Both the position numbers and the translations under genes were made by a program. DNA of 59,458 nt, counting the filler, from Sphacelaria rigidula (taxonomy: Eukaryota), in NCBI GenBank assembly GCA_964200075.2. It is 7 parts of 7 records of this genome, joined end to end, with 100 filler letters (N's around TTAATTAATTAA, not from the genome) between each part and the next. Parts side by side here need not be neighbours in the genome. Positions count along the whole stretch, not along the records: positions 1 to 8,409 come from CAXNAA020011239.1; positions 8,510 to 16,918 come from CAXNAA020011240.1; 5 more parts are not named here. One strand, 5' to 3'. Positions 1 through 13,089 of the stretch are shown here, one piece after another. Each line of letters begins with the position of its first letter. Positions within the stretch are counted from its first letter, which is position 1. Below the pieces are notes generated by a model. It saw nothing but the letters and a program-made list of their open reading frames with translations. It had not been told where the DNA came from and ran no database searches.

Positions 1-105
1 AAAAAGTGAAATAACCCCCTTTTTCAGGGGGGTGACCACCCTGGGCCCCCAAAAAACTGGATTTTAAGGTACCTTCCCCCCCCCCCCCCCCCCTCCGTCC
101 CCCCC

Positions 106-350
106 AAAATGAAGCAAGTCATCGGAGGCTGTCATGCACATATAAGATAACCAGTGCGCTTCGGGCCGAACAATATTAGCAGGATGCACGTGACCCTTCA
201 TGCAACTCGCCGAACACTTCACGGCGCTTCGCGCTTGGTGATTGATTCCTTATTAGTCCTGCGAAAACCCGGCGTACTCCGCCCCGGCTTTCTAGGGATG
301 CGAGATCAGTGGTCATGTGACTACGGCATGCAAGATCTAGCCCTCCCCCC
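106..350. repeat. Dispersed short non-coding repeat, copy 1 (family also at 16270-16680 and ~50870-50930)
   Basis: Collinear match to 16418-16680 (e.g. gcttcgggccgaa, ttagcaggatgca, actcgccgaacac, cacggcgcttcgcgcttg, aaaacccggcgt). Flanked by C-runs. Confidence 0.8.
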
Positions 351-602
351 ACTGGCCAAATTTGGGGCTATAGAATAGTTCTGGCTGTGTTACCGGAACC
401 GAAAAATATGTCGCCCCTGATTCTTCAGCGCACGTAGGGGAAAACAAAACAAAGAAATGCACACAACTACAAGAAAAAAAACAGAGAAATGCTACGGAAA
501 AGGAAGACTGTATATACGAAGAAAACACGACCGCAGGGTGGGGGTGAAAACACGGGCAATGTGTTGTGTAGTTTAGCGTACCAACCGAAGCTAGGTACAT
601 CT

Positions 603-2193
603 CTACTGCGGCTGGTGCTCCATCAGGTTGCTCCAGTCCAGCAAAGGCGATCGGTAGCAGCCGTGGCAATGCCGCACTGCTTTGAGCAATCCATACTGTG
701 TTTGTGTCGGCGTGGTATAGCGACACCCGCGATTAGATCACCCACAAGGAAACGATCGAGGATGGGGCGGACCGACGGGGGGCGCGGGGGGGATAAGAAG
801 TGCCACCTCAGAGCCCATACACTGGCGAAGAGGAACCATGTCGGTGAAGTGTGTCACTCTGTTATTCTGCATGGTTTGTGCGATGTTGGAGCATGTGATT
901 CGATGCTTGGACACTTACGGTGCACAATCTTCACAAACGGCACAGTACGGCGCAGGCAGAAAATGATCCCAGTTCATTGAACAGTACAGCGCGGTGGTAC
1001 AGCACAGTAGAACATCCTTTTTTTCTACTATTACGTGTGTTCGTTGTACTCTTACCCGCAGTCACATTTTTTATATCTGAAAATGGTCGATCGCTTGGTC
1101 TGACTGTGCTGTATGGGGGGATGTGCCCATCATCATCGCCGATTACTTAGTAAGTAGACATGATCGGCTTGCTCTTCACGCCATCCCGTAACGATCTATC
1201 TATATGTTCTTATCGACCGTTTGCGCGAGGTGCTACTGTACACTCAGCATTGCTCTCGTCCACCATACCATACCAAACGAGACATGAGACGGGACACATC
1301 TCTCGCCCCTTCATTCTGTAGCACCGCAGTCGTCAATATCATCGACAGGGCGGCAAAAACAAATAGTATCAGGGACGGATGTCACACAGCCAGCCCCCTG
1401 GGTGATCTATGAACTCATCATGTCTGCAGCACACAGCAAAGCTTCACAGCCGTTGACATCAACGACGGCGCGAAAAAGAAATAAATCGTTCAGGAGTGGG
1501 ATACGATATGTCCCCCTTTGACCTCTGAACTACCGCCTCTGCAATACGCAGCATCAGGCGTGACAAGCTATGACGTTCTAAGAGAGTGAAGTTGACATTA
1601 ACCTGGAAACGGGTGGTGACAACCAGCAACAAGAGGGTACCCTCTTCAAATGAATCCAACGCAGTCATTTGACGCCACACACACTAAAAGTGCAGAAATG
1701 CTGGGGGAAAGGTTTGCTACGAGTACGAGCTTGTGCTTTCAGCGCTCATCTTCTGCCTCGGACAGCGAGTAGCAGCTGTGACGCGCCGTGGATTAAAATA
1801 TTGCAGGTGAGTATGTCCGTTGACTTCCACTTTCTTCCACCCTATGTATAAACATCCAATGACTCCCCGTCTTCCGAATTTTGGTGAAAACGCGGATTCG
1901 ACTTTTGGTGAAAATGTGAAAGAGCCACGAGTAGCTAGCTGATGCACGTTCAGTAGAAAACCTTTGGCCTACCGCTACGTTCATGAAACAGGAATGAAGC
2001 AAAAGCAACCTATACGCATTTATTTCCAAAATGCGAGTGATGAGTGTGTCGTGTCGTGACCCCCCTTTTCTCTGCCCTACGAGCATTGCTGCTCACCTCC
2101 AAGATGGGTCTAGTATTGTCCGGCGGAGCGCACAAGTCGCACGCTAGTCGTCCGCACCTCCTGCAGTGGTGCCGCCTGTTAACCAGAGTAAAT
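603..2193 (-). CDS. FYVE zinc-finger domain protein, last two coding exons (5' part not located)
   Basis: Exon 2097-2193 (tag|A TTT...GAG|gtgag) encodes FTLVNRRHHCRRCGRLACDLCAPPDNTRPILE, containing the FYVE R(R/K)HHCRxCG motif. It splices in phase to exon 603-695 (cacag|TAT...TAG), YGLLKAVRHCHGCYRSPLLDWSNLMEHQPQ*, which supplies the terminal RxCxxC. Confidence 0.85.
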
Positions 2194-3099
2194 CTAATAC
2201 ACAGAACCCCCAAAAAAATAGAAATGAAGAAGAGGAAGGGGGGAAAGAGGAGAAACATGCGAAGGTAGAAAAACAAAATACACAGCAGGCACGAAAATAA
2301 AAGGGATCAAAGGCGTTGTATTTTTCGTCACGTTGCAGGACACAATGAGTCCCTTGATGACCAGACGGTTCGGGGATACAGTTTGATTCTAAAAAAACTC
2401 CGTTGAGCGGCGTGCCGCAGACAAGTGTGTACCTGCTCGACCCGGAGAAGTAGAAACCACACACGCCTCAGTACCTTGCCTCTGTGTAACATGGAAACAA
2501 GATTGTCATCCAAGCTGCTCAAAGGCAGCTGCTCAAAGGCAGTGGAATGATACGCGCTGGGCCAGCTTAAAAGCGGCTAAAAGTTGCTCACACCACAGCT
2601 TTCCCAGTTTCCCGAATTAACCCGATGTAAGCATATCACTGTGAAGTGTAGACCAACCTGGTAACACGCGGCACCGCCGCTGGATAATTTAAAAAAATGA
2701 AAAGAATATACTGCATAATGTATGACCTTAGCGACGGAAGAAAAAAAAAGGAAATATGTCGGGATTCGAGCTTATGACCTCCATAATTACTGTGGAGTGT
2801 CCCATCACTTGATTTATAGGGGTGCAGCAGCGTCACGGAAAATGTTGAACGCACGGCCCAATTCGACGACTCTTGAGCTGAAATTTTAGGTAGACCTTCT
2901 GAACCCAAGGAACTGGTACTTCACGTGAGCAGCTGCAGATTCTCCTTTTCTTCCTGGACTCATGGCATTATCTTGTTTTTGCTGAAATTTTAAATGCCCA
3001 TAACTTTTTCTTTTTTTCTTTGCTGCTCAAGTGATCTTCTGCATTTTGAACATGAAAAGCTGCTGTCAAAATTTCAGCGTCCAACTCGTAATATCGCGC

Positions 3100-6000
3100 C
3101 ATGCGTCACCTGAGCGAGATTCACACCTACTCTTGGCAGGCCCGGCTCGTAGCTTTTCCCAGGATCAATGCCTAGTCTCAATACAAGCAAGATGGTGTTA
3201 GCTGAGGGTGCTATTTACCGAGATCACCCAAAATAGATTGCTATGCACTCCTGCAAATAAAATAAAATGTATAGTATACCCAAGGCTCTGGCTTACTGAG
3301 AGACTGGTTCTTGGGGACTGGACCGCCCGAAACAAGTAGCAGCTAAATCTGTAGCACATGTGTCGAAAACCCTCGAAGGTACGTTTGATTAGATTATATC
3401 GTCATGCTCCAAGCAACGAACCGGGAGAGCAAGTGATGGGATGTGGTAGTCACATCTCATCCGCAATCCAACGAAACACCTAATACTTATTAATAATGAG
3501 TCATCACACAAATCTACACAAGCACTATACTTGAAGGTTTTGAAATGCGTACATAGCTTCATTGCTCAACAGTATCATTCCACGGCATCCAGCACGATAG
3601 CGACCATCGAGCCTAAGTCAGGCAATGCAAGAGCCATCAAAGGACATGTTACATATATTCCACTGTGTAGACCTATCTTTGTTGTAAAAGAGCCATCATC
3701 CATACTTGCACTTCCACTCACTAGATCCGGTCCAAAACCTGGCCAGAAATCTGTTGACAAACCATGTTTGTGACTGTGAGCGGCGGTACTCGAATACACA
3801 CGCTGATTATCCTTCGGGATGAGGTTTCGGTCGGACGGTTGGTCGGGGCACGGAGTGTCTTTTACGGCCGTCGGTGAATCCGTCGAGTGTTGAATTTCGT
3901 ATACTGTAAGGGGTGGACGATGCGTAGGAAGGGCCGTTGTCGTGGATGAACGCGACAACTGTTTCGCTTGGTTTGGGATACTTCGGTCGGCTGCAACATG
4001 TAGCGAAGTGTCAGTTCGCGAAGCTGGGGGGGTTACAGCATCCAGTACGCTTGGCGAACGAGGGGACGATTCGGCGAAAGGGGCGTAAGTGATTTGGCTA
4101 TACCATTCAACTCGCTACCCGTGTTAGTCGGGACCAACGCTGGTACAATAGGGGACGAGCGGTCAGGCGTGGACAGCTCGCCGGCCACTACGCTATCATC
4201 TCCTTGTGATGAAGACACATACGGGGGGGTTTCATGACAAGGAGACGAACGCCCAAGTGGCAGCGAGGTTTCTGTCCCAAGAGATGACAACGCTAATTCA
4301 GAGGTGGGTTCTAACATAGTGTGTGAGGGGTCGGTAGGGAGCGATGTTGGTCTGCTCGAAACCTGGGAGACACCGGCCTGGTCGACAGTATTGCTTTCAT
4401 CTAATGAAACCCACACCCCTTCACGATCGTTGTGGACGGGTGCAACTGCGTCATCAGAGATATCTATAGGGTCATCCGGAGGAGCCCGCCGAGGGTGACG
4501 CGTATAGCGCATCAACTGTTCGGTTGCTCCGGGAGCTAGGACAGTCTGCCCTCGGTCACGCTCATGCCGCTCCACCGGCGCTGTTGCTTGGGATTCCTTC
4601 CCAACCCACCGAGCGACGGGAAGTCAGGGTTCGGTATGGTTGCGCTCCGTGCACGAAAAATTATGCTCACCAAATCAAAGGGGACCGGGTAACGACGCAT
4701 TTTCGTTCGTGGGTGTAAGGGGGGGCGGCTTGCCACCTAAAGCCTTGTTGGGAGTTGGTATGTGGCCTTGAGTTTGTTATCTTAGCATGAACGGTCGCAG
4801 GGGTAACAGCTACCGCGCCAAAAGATGTACCTGCTTCGGGTGCGGGAGGTGTTACGCTGCATGACTGCCGATCTCGCGAGGAGAAAGGATCCAACTGGCT
4901 ATGATTAATACCACTCGGAGGTAAAACTAGGCGTACAGCTCCAGAATTGAAAGACTGGGGTTGGTCACTGCTTAATTGGGAGCCGTGCAATGGTGCACGG
5001 AATTCTGCTGCCATGGAACCCATCATGACAGTCTGATCGTACCTAGTATACCCGAACCACAAACCTGACCCCGTGCCCGCAGACATTGATTCAGTTCTAT
5101 GATGTGTGTTTACTGGCCGAGCGAAAGAAAAGGGTACGGCACTTCCGCGGCGTGTAGCCGACAATCGTTGGTTCTCGATTGTGGACCTGTGGCAAACAAT
5201 GGGAATTGAACGAGAACTGTAATCAGCACGTTTAGAGGACGACAGCTCAATTACGGGGGCAGTCGCGCACTCGGGATTACCCCACTGTATGCTATTCGGG
5301 AACGCGGGATTTTGTACATTTCCAAAACACCGTCAGGTGGTGCGTTTAGCATCAGTGGAGAAACGGGGCTCTTCCTGGCGGGGTTCAGCCGGTGCGGTAG
5401 TTCCCGTTGCTAACGGGTGATCACCAATCTTGTGACTGATTCTGCGTTCGCGAATGAAAAGCGCCAGGAGGATGGGGGGGCAGATTTGTGCGGGCACCGT
5501 CAGCCGGCCGAGTCTGATAATAGGGCTAATGGTACTGGTTGTTGGGGACGCGAGGTTCATTGCCATAGTGGCGGTTTCCGCACCGTAGACATTGGTGTGA
5601 ACCGCGGGCGTCGCTAATTTGAGGGCGACGATAAAAACGCGGACGCGCTTGCCAAGTCCGCCAATAGTATGCATACTCTGGGTCAAGGAACATCGGGTTA
5701 AGGACAGCAAATGCGTTCGTAAACGGTTTTTCACAGTAGCCTATTGCGTGCATGGGTATGCGGCCATTCGCAGAGTACCCCGTCTGTTCGTTGAACCAAA
5801 TACCGCAGTTTAGGCAACGGTCCTTGCAACGGCGAATCAAGTCAGCCCTGAGGTTAGATCACGAGCCCAGAGGGGGGGATCTGAGTTATTCATTCAAGTG
5901 CTTACTTGGAAAACCTCAGGCCATGTTTCTGCCGCGAAGAAACAACTTGGATATCGACTGGCGAACTCGTCAGGGTTTTGTACAGGGACTATGACCATGA

Positions 6001-8409
6001 CCTCACCAGTTGTGGTCATGAACTCAGGAATCCACGGGGGTTGACTCGCCTTAGGGCGTGTAGACTGCGGTCGTGACGCAGTGGGTGCGGGAACCGAAAA
6101 AGACGGGATGGTGACGGAGGTATGGGCGTGGCCGCCGCTCTCAGGGGGGGCATTTTGTTTTGCACCCGTCGCGTCTATCGCCGGGGTCCGGTTCGACCGC
6201 AATCCATCTAATTGTCTCCACATATTATCTAGATCGGGGAACGGAATCGACGCGGTAGCCGTATCGCCCACAAATACAGTCGCCATCAGGCCAGGATATT
6301 GACGTCCCATACTGAAACGGGAAAGACTCATGACCATATCTTGTGTAGGGGCTAGCTCACGCCCACCACCAACCGTTACCGAAATCAATGTACGGAATTC
6401 CTTCAGATGTTGGTCGAGTGGCGTGTTCACCAGTACCTTGAACGTAAGAAGGCGTTCGATTGATTCGCCTCCGTAGCTCGTGTCAAGCGAGGAACTGATC
6501 AATCTTAGCAGTAGCGTGAAAGCGTCGTACCCGCTTGTTCCGAGCGATAGAGTACGTGTGACTTGGTCAAAGTCAGCACGGCTAGGACGAATCAGAGTCC
6601 ATACGAGTCGACTCCTCATGATGCGAAAGCAGTCATGCTGTATAACCTGTTGGTCCCGCTGAGTCGAGGGGTGGATAACACATATGCAGCGCAGTCATCT
6701 TGCGCGCATTACAGCTGTGGGAAAATTACGCGTGGTTCAGGGCCCATCGGAAGTGAATATTCAACCTGTACAACTTGTTGGTCCCACATTAGCTCGAAGG
6801 TGGGAAAAATGTACGGGCGTTCACCTCGAACGACTTGGTCAAGCAAGTTGTTCATGACGTTCCCGACTCATGATGATAAGAGGTGCGTGGCATGTACAAT
6901 CGATGCATTCAAATTTGCAGTGCAGGGTTGACTATGTGCCCATTATTTACCCCGGTATTCATGGAAGGCAGCAAGCGGGTACCTTTGGGTTGGATTATAA
7001 CGCACGACGCACGAGCTGAGAAGCTGTGTGAATCACAAATGATGTGTGAACAGTATGATTTATTGGTTGAAATGATGAATATGAGTTGAATCACGAGTTT
7101 AGTCGTCCTGATCGTGAAAGTGGGTGTCGAACATGGTAGATAGCTTGGTTGCCGGCGGGGAGCAAAAATCAGGTTCAGCCTCTATCGCTCTGTGTAGCGG
7201 ACGAAGCCATCCATCGACCAACGAACTGGACTTCAGGTCGAGGAACTGTTTGTCACAGATTGATAGGATGCCACTCATTACAGTTGTCAAGGATTGCCAT
7301 AATTGACTACCGTACATCACAAGCCTAGGTCGGATCCCGCTGGAAACGAAAGGGAAAGTTCAACCTTACCCACGGACTTGAGATCCAAACTCAGATATGC
7401 TCGGCGAACGCTTGACGGATTACGGGGCGAAAGGGACGGGGACGGGCTGCAAGGTGGTGGAGAGATTTCAGGAGAAGTAAACTGTACGCGTATGTTGATG
7501 TTTTTGTTCGAGTCTGACTCTTTCTTGACTTTGAGCGCAGCGTGTCTCTGTTTGGCGACATTAGAAGAGAGGGGGAGAAAGTCGGCGAGGGTAGGCGGCG
7601 CAGAACAGGAGGGAGAGACACGCGTGTCATCAATGGTTCCCTCGGTACTGTCCGACTCACTGTCGGATTAGAAGGACACAGGCTGGTGACAGGTAACCAA
7701 TTTGCGAACAGAAGTTGAAGAATAGCGGCGGGTCCGCGGCTGTTTCGTCCGCTCCGTCGCACCACTATCCTCAACTCTGGTTTTTCTCTTGCGTACCATC
7801 CAACGACACCATCCGACCAATTACTCCCCATGCTACCTCTCTGTGGTTACTGAATCCTGGACCTGGAGGCGGAGCTCCGCCGTCGCAGAGACGATCTGTA
7901 CGACCGACAGTGTGTTGCACATTTTGTGCTGCCATTAAGTTGATTGTGGTCGTAGGCGGTCGTGCGAACATGTTCAACCTCGGTGAACAGTCCGATGAGG
8001 GGCTGTACGTGTCTGTGTTGATTTCTCGGCTAGTGTCGGAGACTGGTTGAGATTGAACAGCTTGCACGACCCCTGCTAGCGTTACTGTATTATGGTGGTT
8101 TGGGAACCAGGTTAGGAGGCCGCTAACGTTTTCAGTCACGTGGACAATTAGTCGCCGTGCCTGGCACGCATAAACCAATACGTTGGGGGATCGTGTACGA
8201 AATTGTACAGAGGAACACCAGCTAAGATTTCCACACCGGAAGGGTCCAATGTGTTTGAGCGAGGATTCTTGGCTACTATCTCGGGGGCTGCCGGCGCTAC
8301 AGGAGCCGGTTTGTTTGCCGCCATGGCATATGTCGGGGGCCGTGGGTGGGGCGTACTCATTTGTTGCTTGCCTTAGTCGTGTGACCATTGATCACGCATC
8401 CCTTTCGAG
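3100..8409 (-). mobile_element. Degenerate retroelement relic (gag-like region with CCHC-type knuckle, followed by an aspartic-protease-like motif), probably Ty3/gypsy type
   Basis: Long intronless minus-strand coding-like tract broken by stops and frameshifts (ORFs 7099-7320, 5894-6619, 5526-5840, 3575-3958). CLNC-x18-H-x4-C at 5733-5816 and ALPDLGSMVAIV (D[ST]G-like) near 3590-3625. No RT or integrase motif was seen, so superfamily and boundaries are tentative. Confidence 0.5.
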
Positions 8410-8509
8410 NNNNNNNNNNNNNNNNNNNNNNNNNNNNNNNNNNNNNNNNNNNNTTAATTAATTAANNNNNNNNNNNNNNNNNNNNNNNNNNNNNNNNNNN
8501 NNNNNNNNN
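8410..8509. other. Artificial contig linker (N44-TTAATTAATTAA-N44); identical linkers at 16919-17018, 25427-25526, 33935-34034, 42443-42542, 50951-51050
   Basis: 100-bp spacer whose core gives stop codons in all six frames. It recurs every 8508-8509 bp. Confidence 0.98.
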
Positions 8510-11084
8510 CCCCTCAAATCCACCGAGTTTCATCTTCAGGGACCATTGTCGTGTGGACATCAATCTCGCCTCATCGCGATACGAGTTTCGCATTACATGT
8601 CTGACTACTCTACTGTACTGTAAACAGCACAGACAGTACTGGTATACTACGCTTGTAGATGATCACGTGTGATGTGGCCGCCCCGAAAAGCGCTGATATA
8701 GGCTACATCCGCGGATCTGTCGGGTTCATAACTCACAGATCGGGATCCCTGACTATACTCCCAACCCGACTTGACGGGCGGATTCTCTGGTAGATTTTAA
8801 ACAAGTGCGCAGAGCGGGATCCGGATCCGGATTTGACACAGCAGGATTCAGTTCGTCGAGTATGGAACGGAGCGCATCTCCACCTTGATTATTTTTCCCC
8901 CGATACAGTAAAGTGCCGATAAAGGGTAGTATGCTCTTGCGGTGTATACCAGGGTGAAAAACAAAGACCGGCGTCGCCGTGTGCACCAGCGTACACGGGA
9001 AGCAAAAAAATAGGGTTTTCCCCGTCAGGATACGCCAAAAGTAAATCAAAATATCCAGCGTATGCGCACACGCCTTTTCCGATCGTAAGGTATGCACGAT
9101 CTGGCCGCAGATTTCATCTCCTCTGCTGTAGCGCATACGACAAACAGATGTGAAGCGGCGGGCAACCTTTTACTGCATTCGAAGTAATCTAGGACCTCTG
9201 CTGCGGAGGGACAGCAACATATTTCTTGAGACCACTCCCAACATATCCTACCGCCCCCCCCCCCCCACCCCCCCCCACGACCACCCACCCGCAACCGCAC
9301 ACACCACCCCACCAACACNNNNNNNNNNCCCCCCTCCGCCGGCGCCACCTCCCGGTAGGCTGAGCACACCCACCACAACCCCCCCCCCCCCCCCCCCCCC
9401 CCCTCGCTGGAGCGTACAGCACATTACAGCGCAATCCATTGCACGCACCGTACTTGAAAATAACCAAGCGAAGCGGTTTGCGCAGATCCAAAATTAGCTT
9501 ACGGAATGGACAGATACGCTACGGAAGTGTCGTTCAACCAAAGCTAACGAGACCCATCACCTTTCATGTCTCGGACCTCATATCGCAGAACACACAGTTA
9601 CAACCCCCCGCTGCCCTCGTCATCTAGCAAAGGCTGGTTTTTGACGCTGATGCGGTTAAGCTACCCCGTGCCCCACACACACACCACCCAACAATGGTCC
9701 ACATTTAGGACGAATCATCCCGACTAAGAATCACCAAATCCACGATTTCTTCAGCCTAATTGCCCGAAAGCGAGAAAAAAGTTGATCGCTGGTCCAAGGG
9801 GTATCCACATAACTTTTGCGCCATTCCACGTGTCTGGGCTGCGTGTATTTGGGTTGCAACGCTGAAAATAAAGCCTAGGGATTAGTTTGTACCATTCGAA
9901 TTAATTATACTAAAATCAAGAAATTTTCAGACGAATCATTGATTTGTCCGACTCTTGCAATGGTCCCCACGAAATCGAACAGAAACACACACACACACAC
10001 ACACGCGCGCACACACACACATCGCATCGCAACGATCGTCGATAAACCAGGCAAGAAACAAATCGCCTTGACCTCGATCTCCGCAGGCATTTTTCTCCCC
10101 TGCTGCCACCAGTGCCACACGATCGAGGAGCTCAAGCCGTTGGCTGGGTGGAAACCAAACCCCCGGCGGGAAGCGATGCGCGACTGACGCATGGACAGAA
10201 AAGCGGCGATCACGACGGGGCAGGGCGGACGAGCTAAGAGCGAATTCCCTGGAAGAGGTACGTTGAAGATATATGCACACCACTCTGTCCCATAATATAA
10301 GGTCGGTTCCAGTTGAGCGTGTTGCGAACGGTTTGAAACTGTCATCCTTCGTGACAAAACTTTTGCAACAAATATAAGGCGACCTGACGCCGTAGTCCCA
10401 CCTGGAACGCGGGGATGGTTCGTATCTATCCCCCCCAGGGATACCCGGGGACGGCAGAGATTTCCCCAGTAAGGGAGTATGGCATTTTTCAAAACGTTTG
10501 TACGGGGCCAAGAAGTACTCTTTTTGCACCATTTACTTTTGTTGTTTTTTCTCGTCTCTCTGGCCTTCTGTACGAATGCCTGTTTTCTGTATCAGCGATG
10601 GTATCTGTGCACACTGAGTAAAATATCCAAAACTATAAAGCATGTCCGAAATTGTGGCAGGAGGGAACTAAAAATAAAATGAGATATGTGGGGGGGGAAA
10701 CGTGGCCGTTGCGAGGCTCGAATCCGCGTCCAACAATTTGTTCTCAGAGAGGAGATATCCTGTTTTTTTGTCCATATCGGCCTTATATTATTGGACATAG
10801 TGGTATATATTTTCGCCCAGTGTGGTGCCAATCTTGCTAGAAATCGTCCGGTTGGCGGGGTTGCCTGGTGCGGCCTGCGATTACTCGTAGTACCCGCGTC
10901 GTTGATTCGAACAGGCCATCTTTTTCTTGTGATTATTTAGATTTTCTGTATTTTTTTTCTGATCATTGTTGCGATCAAGCTGTGAAAGCAAGGGCGGAAG
11001 CAATCTCCACCTTCATCTCCAGGTTGTTGTTGTTGTTGCTGTTGCTGTTGCTGCTGCTGCTGCTGCTGCTACTGCCGTTGTTCT

Positions 11085-11421
11085 CACTTTCAACCCCTTG
11101 CCTTCCTCGGGACGAATCCGTGTCCCCGATATATCAACTCACCCCTCTCCCGGTACCCGCCTTGCATTTTGGTACCTGCGGAGTGGATCACGACCAAACA
11201 CTCCCGCACCGCGTCGACTCTCGTCTACATTGGATCATGATCAAACACAGCCAAGTAGACTCTTCATTCCTGCTACTCATGCTCTCATGCAACAACGGAA
11301 ATCATGTACTCCTGATCAAAGGCCAATATAGACGCATGTGGCGGTAATCGAACCCCCGTTTTCCCTGCACTAATGCAGTTTCAGTCGCGCCATTTTAATG
11401 CACACCACCCGGGGCGCGGCG
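11085..11421 (-). mobile_element. tRNA-derived SINE family 1, diverged copy
   Basis: Similar to 13840-14168 and 43784-44108 (ccttcctcgggacga, cgcaccgcgtc, aatcgaaccc, caccacccgggg). Its 3' end abuts the (GTT)/(GCT) microsatellite at 11023-11080. Confidence 0.7.
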
Positions 11422-11479
11422 GTTGTCTTTGCTCCACCGCCGATTTGTGTGCTGTGTCTTGAATGTGTAACAAAATTAC

Positions 11480-11793
11480 CAGGACTATACACGTTACACG
11501 TTCAATTTCACGATACCTTCATCACTTGAAAAAAAATAACGTTCACGTTACGTGACGCGTGTAACGTGAAAAAATAAAATAACGTTACGTTCATCACGTC
11601 ACAAAAATATTGACGTTCAGGTTACGTTTTGGCCAAAACGTAACCTGAACGTAATGTGTAACGCTATGGTACGTGTAACGTGTATAGCCCTGGCTATACA
11701 TGTACACGTTCACGTTACGTGACGTGTGTAACGTTAAAAAAACTTTCACGTTACGTTTTGGCCGAAACGTAACGTGTAACGTGTATAGCCCTG
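11480..11793. mobile_element. hAT-type MITE with an ACGTTA/ACGTAA-rich body
   Basis: TIRs caggactatacacgttacacg ... cgtgtaacgtgtatagccctg. Perfect 8-bp TSD AAAATTAC at 11472-11479 and 11794-11801. An extra internal right TIR lies at ~11672-11692. Confidence 0.9.
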
Positions 11794-11800
11794 AAAATTA

Positions 11801-12049
11801 CAAGGGCGTGTCGGGTAGGTGGAGTAAATACCCGGGTTTTTACTCTCCGGATGGATTCCTGTGTTACGATGGTCCGATCTCCAAACTCTACCCGACAATG
11901 GGGGAATTTTAGATACGATCGCAATACTCTGCGCATCATCTGGGTATTGTTGAGTACGATCTCGATACTGTATCCAAATTTGGAGCGCTTCGAGTTCGAT
12001 TTTTCATGATACCCAAACGTAGGGACATACCCTACCCAACATACCCTTG
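11801..12049. mobile_element. MITE (CAAGGG-ended, hAT-like)
   Basis: Imperfect TIRs caagggcgtgtcgggtagg / cctacccaacatacccttg. No clear TSD. Confidence 0.55.
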
Positions 12050-12302
12050 CGATTTTTTCACCTAACTTATATCCATGAAACGCGTTGCGCTTTCCGCGTA
12101 TTGTCCATAACACAATGTCAGCATCTAAATTACAACAAAACACACCCTGTAGACAAAAGATTATCCTGTCAGAAAGGTATACCGCGTACAGCATGGCATC
12201 TATTGTCTACTGCAATAGACGCAGTACTGCAGTCGATACTGTACGCCGCGTGCAGTATGGAATTCTATGTCTACGGCAATAGACGCAATAGTCTATACTG
12301 TA

Positions 12303-12590
12303 TGTCCAGAGATCGCTGCCTGCCCCGGCAGCTTGTTCACAATGAATGAAAAGGAAATAATTCACTGTCGGGAAACAAAAGGGAGCGACCCTCGAGGGAA
12401 TCAACAACTCCCACCTACAATGCCGAGAACCACACATCAAGCCAATCTCCCGCGGGCCATAGAGATGTCCCGCGGAAGATTCTCTGTCTTAATCTGGATA
12501 ACGTTCCTTTCTACGGAGACTTCCAAAGAAACATATCTTACACTACCCCGAAGGATATCTGCGGATGCAGAATTGACCAATATACGAACA
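12303..12590 (-). mobile_element. Solo LTR (288 bp) of the copia family at 35154-40810
   Basis: TG...CA ends. Reverse complement of the LTRs at 35154-35441 and 40473-40810. Perfect 5-bp TSD CTGTA on both sides. Confidence 0.95.
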
Positions 12591-13089
12591 CTGTACGCAA
12601 AACACTTTTTGACAACGTGACCTATTGCCATTATCCAGGATGTGGAATAAACACAAATCCCCGAAACGGCTTGTCTTGATACGTCTGGTGGTTAGTATAG
12701 CTGCAACTGTGAGTAGGGGAGCGACGAAGTCGAGCATTGTGTGTCACGACAGAGTCGGTGCGTCGGTCAGTCGGTCGGTTACCCTTTGCTGCCTCCAACG
12801 TGTACGAATGGGGATTTCCCATGTCCAGAGATTCATGAAACCGGAAAATAGGTATTGCGGACTACGAGGTGGCGTACTGACCTTCGTGTCACCGAAGCGG
12901 GCGGAAGGGCGAGTGAAGTATACGATGTGATCTGTAAGCGTGTACTGTAAGGATGAACGAAGGAGACACACCACCGAATGTGTGACGTATCCGCCGTGAA
13001 CAAACGGGCACGCTACTACACCACCTGGTCGGTAAGGAGCTCTGATGGCTCAACCACCGTACAGAACGAACGAAATTGCCGCTCGACAG

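Noticed and set aside
12625..12935. 5' exons of the DUF3727-like gene
   Set aside because: A signal-peptide-like start is plausible, but I could not build an in-phase splice path to 13090.
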